From NCBI GenBank assembly GCA_002437725.1, contig DJRF01000024.1, forward strand, positions 53,205 through 117,204: DNA of 64,000 nucleotides, written 5' to 3'. A model generated the notes under the pieces. That model ran no database searches. It was given only the letters and a program-made list of their open reading frames with translations, and was not told the origin of the DNA. How positions within the stretch are numbered: position 1 is the stretch's first letter; each line of letters starts with the position of its first letter. The DNA is from Treponema sp. UBA6367. GTDB taxonomy: Bacteria; Spirochaetota; Spirochaetia; Treponematales; Treponemataceae. Positions 60,947 through 64,000 of this stretch are shown piece after piece. Position numbers and translations under genes: made by a program.

Positions 60947-61894
60947 TTATAGATTTTCTGGAATTGCAATTCCTAATTTTTTTGCAGTTTCTTCATTAAT
61001 TGATAAATTACAAGTTTTTAAATACTGAATTGGCATTTCTGCAGGAGTTTTTTCTCCTTTTAAAATTTCTACAGCCATTTTTGCAGTCTGTTTTCCAAGT
61101 TCATAGTAGTTAATTCCATATGTTGCAAGACCGCCAGCATGAACCATTCCTTCCTCGCCACAGATTGTAGGAATTCCGCTATCAGTTGCAATTTGAGAAA
61201 CCAAAGACATTCCTGCAGCAATCATGTTGTCAGTTGGTGTATAAATAGCGTCTACTTTTCCACACAAATTTGTTACTACCTGCTGAATCTCATTTGAATT
61301 TGAAACAGTTCCTTCTATATATTTTAATCCCAGTTTATCGCAAGCCTGCTCTGCAAGTTTTACCTGAAAATGAGAATTTTGCTCGCTTGAACAGTACAAC
61401 ATTCCTACAGTCTTTGCATTTGGAACCAATTTTTTAAGCAAATCCATTTGAGCGGCACAAGGCGTCAAATCAGATGTTCCAGAAACATTTCCGCCAGGAG
61501 CGGCATTGTCTGCAACAAGTTTCGCAGATGCTGGATCTGTTACAGAAGAAATCAGTATTGGAATATCTTTTGTAAGATTTGCAACCGCCTGAGCTGCAGG
61601 AGTTGCTATAGCGAAAATCAAATCATCTCTATCATTAATAAGTTTTTCCGCAATTGTAACACAATTGGCCTGTTCGCCCTGTGCATTTTGATAGTCAATT
61701 TTTATGTTTTTTCCGTCAACATAGCCAGCTTCCGCAAGACCATCAACAAAGCCTTTGTAGTTAGCATCCAAAGCAGAATGTTCCACAAGCTGAATTATAC
61801 CAATTTTAATTTTCTTTTCAGACTTTGAACAACCAGTAACAGCCATAACTGCAGCACATACAACAGCAACTGCAAACATTAATGATTTTTTCAT
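60947..61894 (-). CDS. ABC transporter substrate-binding lipoprotein (ABC_sub_bind-like)
   Basis: ATG 61894 (MKKSLMFAVAVVCAAVMAVTGC lipobox). IGIIQLVEHSALD is typical of this binding-protein family. I reject the upstream 31-codon extension. Confidence 0.75.
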   Translation of the reverse strand: MKKSLMFAVAVVCAAVMAVTGCSKSEKKIKIGIIQLVEHSALDANYKGFVDGLAEAGYVDGKNIKIDYQNAQGEQANCVTIAEKLINDRDDLIFAIATPAAQAVANLTKDIPILISSVTDPASAKLVADNAAPGGNVSGTSDLTPCAAQMDLLKKLVPNAKTVGMLYCSSEQNSHFQVKLAEQACDKLGLKYIEGTVSNSNEIQQVVTNLCGKVDAIYTPTDNMIAAGMSLVSQIATDSGIPTICGEEGMVHAGGLATYGINYYELGKQTAKMAVEILKGEKTPAEMPIQYLKTCNLSINEETAKKLGIAIPENL

Positions 61895-62009
61895 TTTAGT
61901 TCCTCGTAATTTTCTTTCTCCGCTAGTAGTATAAAGTTTTTCTTTATTTTCTGCTATCCTTTTGCAATATTTTTGCCAATTTTGCAAAGCATTTTTTAGA
62001 TTTTTAGGA

Positions 62010-62627
62010 TTACAAATTGTAGATAAAACCTGAAGAAGAATCTGTTTCCTTTTGCAGCTGCGAAAACCATTTCACAGGTTTCGGATTTTCACTGTGTTCT
62101 CCTAAAAATTTTTCCATCCAAATCATGCTATACCATTTTCCAAACTTGTAACCACAGTTATGAAATTTTCCTACCATAGAATATCCAGATTTTTCGTGAA
62201 AAAGCACGCTATCATTTTTCAAAAAATCATCTTCAACATCTGCAAATGCAATGCAAGCATTTAGATTCAAAATATTTTGTTTTTTTAGAATTTCTTCCAA
62301 AACCGAATACAATTTTTTTCCAATTCCCATGCGTTTTAATTTTTTATCTATATAAATAGAAGTTTCAACAGCCCAAACATAAGCTGCACGTTCCTTAAAA
62401 GAGCTTGCATAAGCATAGCCCGCAATTTTGCCGTCAAATTCTGCAACCAAATACGGATATTTTTTCAAAGTTTTTTCAATTCTTTTTTCAAATTCTTGCA
62501 AAGAAGGAACATCATATTCAAAAGTGATTGCGGTCTTTTCAACGTAAGGAGCATAAATTTTTAAAATAGATTTTGCATCACTTTTAGTTGCAAGCCGAAT
62601 TTTTAATTTTTCATTCTTTAAATTCAT
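62010..62627 (-). CDS. GNAT-family N-acetyltransferase (phosphinothricin acetyltransferase-like)
   Basis: IRLATKSDAKSILKIY...KRMGIGKKLYSVLEEILKK (acetyl-CoA binding Q/RxxGxG/A-like). Confidence 0.7.
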   Translation of the reverse strand: MNLKNEKLKIRLATKSDAKSILKIYAPYVEKTAITFEYDVPSLQEFEKRIEKTLKKYPYLVAEFDGKIAGYAYASSFKERAAYVWAVETSIYIDKKLKRMGIGKKLYSVLEEILKKQNILNLNACIAFADVEDDFLKNDSVLFHEKSGYSMVGKFHNCGYKFGKWYSMIWMEKFLGEHSENPKPVKWFSQLQKETDSSSGFIYNL

Positions 62628-62692
62628 ATTCTATCCCAAAACAAAAAGATTCGCATATTTTTTTCATAATTAACGATAGCTTGTCGCACGAA

Positions 62693-63463
62693 CTAATTAT
62701 GGCAAAATCCTTTTTCTATTTTCTTTCTTTTTTGCAAATATTCAGAATATTCTTTTCCTACGTTTTCGTTTTTCCAATGGCAAACAGTTTTATAGCCGAA
62801 ACCAGAAAAAACAATTTCGCATAAAAGCTCAAAAATTGCGGCAATGGAAGAGCATACTGCTACTTGAGTCCAAGTCCATCCAAAAAAAACTTTTGAAACC
62901 ACCGTTGCAAACACAAAATTGTCAACTAATTGACCAATCGCTGTAGAAATATATGAACGAATTGCAAAACTTCCAAAATTATCAGATTTTAAAAGGCTTC
63001 CTATAAAGGCATTTAGCAAAGAATTTACAATCGAAGATATTAAAAATGCAAGCGCCGAACCAAAAACAACATACCAGGAACTTGAAAAAGTGGAATTTAT
63101 AACTTCATTAGCAAAAGGAGTTTCAAAATCGTAAAAAGCAGCCCAGTTTCCTGGAGTTTTAGCCAACAAATCAAAAATCAAGCAAAGCACAAGATTTATA
63201 AAAAGAGCCAAAATAGAAACTTTTATGGAAGCACGAGCTCCCCACATCTTGCAAATTACGTCCATGCATAAAAACATAATCCAACTAAAAGCAAAGCCAC
63301 AATCGAGCGCAATGAATTTGCAAGTAAAAAGTTCTTTATTTGCGAAAAGATTTGCACAAACAACTGAAAGAATAAAAATCGAAATTGTAAGAGAAGGAAT
63401 GTTTCTTAGAATAAGTTTATATTCAACCAATTCTTTAGAAAGCCATGAATAAAGTTTTTTCAT
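62693..63463 (-). CDS. yhhQ: VUT/YhhQ-family queuosine-precursor transporter
   Basis: Polytopic membrane protein with the conserved IGQLVDNFVF segment. 256 aa. Confidence 0.6.
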   Translation of the reverse strand: MKKLYSWLSKELVEYKLILRNIPSLTISIFILSVVCANLFANKELFTCKFIALDCGFAFSWIMFLCMDVICKMWGARASIKVSILALFINLVLCLIFDLLAKTPGNWAAFYDFETPFANEVINSTFSSSWYVVFGSALAFLISSIVNSLLNAFIGSLLKSDNFGSFAIRSYISTAIGQLVDNFVFATVVSKVFFGWTWTQVAVCSSIAAIFELLCEIVFSGFGYKTVCHWKNENVGKEYSEYLQKRKKIEKGFCHN

Positions 63464-63755
63464 AATTTTTGACAGGATTTCCCTATCTACCTCCGTAAGA
63501 ATTTTAATTTATAATGCGCAGTAGAATTATGAGGAATCATAAACTGCGCTATTCAAATGAAAATTAAGTTTTACAAACGAACCTTTCAAAACGATTCATA
63601 TAAAACTAGAAACATACATTATTACTTTTCCAAAAAAAACACAAGAGAAACTATTAGTACAAAGTCAAGTTTTAGAAAGACAAGAAAAACAATTTCGTTG
63701 CTCCGAATCTATTTCAATGTTATAATTCTAAAAAATTAAGACTGAAGAGGTTTGT

Positions 63756-63977
63756 ATGCCACACATAACTATTCAAATGTTTCCAGGAAGAGATGAAGAA
63801 ACTAAAAAACGCCTTGCCCAAGCGATTTTAAAAACCGCATCGCAAGAATTAAATCGCGAACCAAAACACTTTTCTGTCAGCATTGAAGACATTCCCCAAG
63901 AAGAATGGAACGATAAAGTGTATAAAAAAATAACTGATCCACAAAATAAGACTGTATACATAAAACCAGGATATTAA
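63756..63977 (+). CDS. 4-oxalocrotonate tautomerase family enzyme
   Basis: MPHITIQMFPGRDEETKKRLAQAI, with catalytic Pro1 after Met removal. 73 aa. Confidence 0.75.
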   Translation: MPHITIQMFPGRDEETKKRLAQAILKTASQELNREPKHFSVSIEDIPQEEWNDKVYKKITDPQNKTVYIKPGY

Positions 63978-64000
63978 CTATTTATAGGCAGGTTATTATG

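Overview
This is a 64-kb chromosomal window from a low-GC bacterium. The gene content suggests a Treponema-like spirochete: many lipoproteins with Cys lipoboxes, a PilZ protein, desulfoferrodoxin, GTP-dependent PEPCK, and homopolymeric G/C tracts next to surface-protein genes. That assignment is inference and I cannot verify it without a database search.

Most of the window is housekeeping:
- glyQS, cysS, murB, uvrB, rpmB, pyrH, pyk, pckG
- scattered purine genes purN, purM, purE, purB, purF
- an ECF sigma/anti-sigma operon
- an HtrA protease
- a Na/Pi transporter
- an ABC importer

I recognised no rRNA, tRNA, CRISPR array, transposase or integrase.

The accessory part lies between pckG and the Na/Pi transporter (about 35.9-48.4 kb). 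It holds a Type III-like mod/res pair with a divergent XRE regulator. Next to it is a 7.8-kb lipoprotein/peptidase cassette bracketed by mirrored inverted arms of about 0.25 kb. Each arm carries five 13-bp palindromes (RTAAC-N3-GTTAY) phased at 20-21 bp, plus a conserved hairpin. This is the strongest candidate for something undescribed.

Other structure not explained by genes:
- A family of about 205-bp nested-palindrome intergenic elements, with about 88-bp short forms. There are at least 9 copies or fragments.
- Three long G/C homopolymers in positions typical of phase variation: inside a CotH-domain lipoprotein gene, in a TTGACA/TACAAT promoter spacer, and upstream of a small beta-barrel OMP gene.
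- A recurring AAGATAAAA...TTTTATCTT hairpin upstream of four unrelated genes.
- A promoter-plus-terminator bounded candidate sRNA or leader.
- A 48-bp perfect direct repeat flanking an astacin-type metalloprotease module.

All coordinates, motifs and alignments were read by eye. No identities or statistics were computed.
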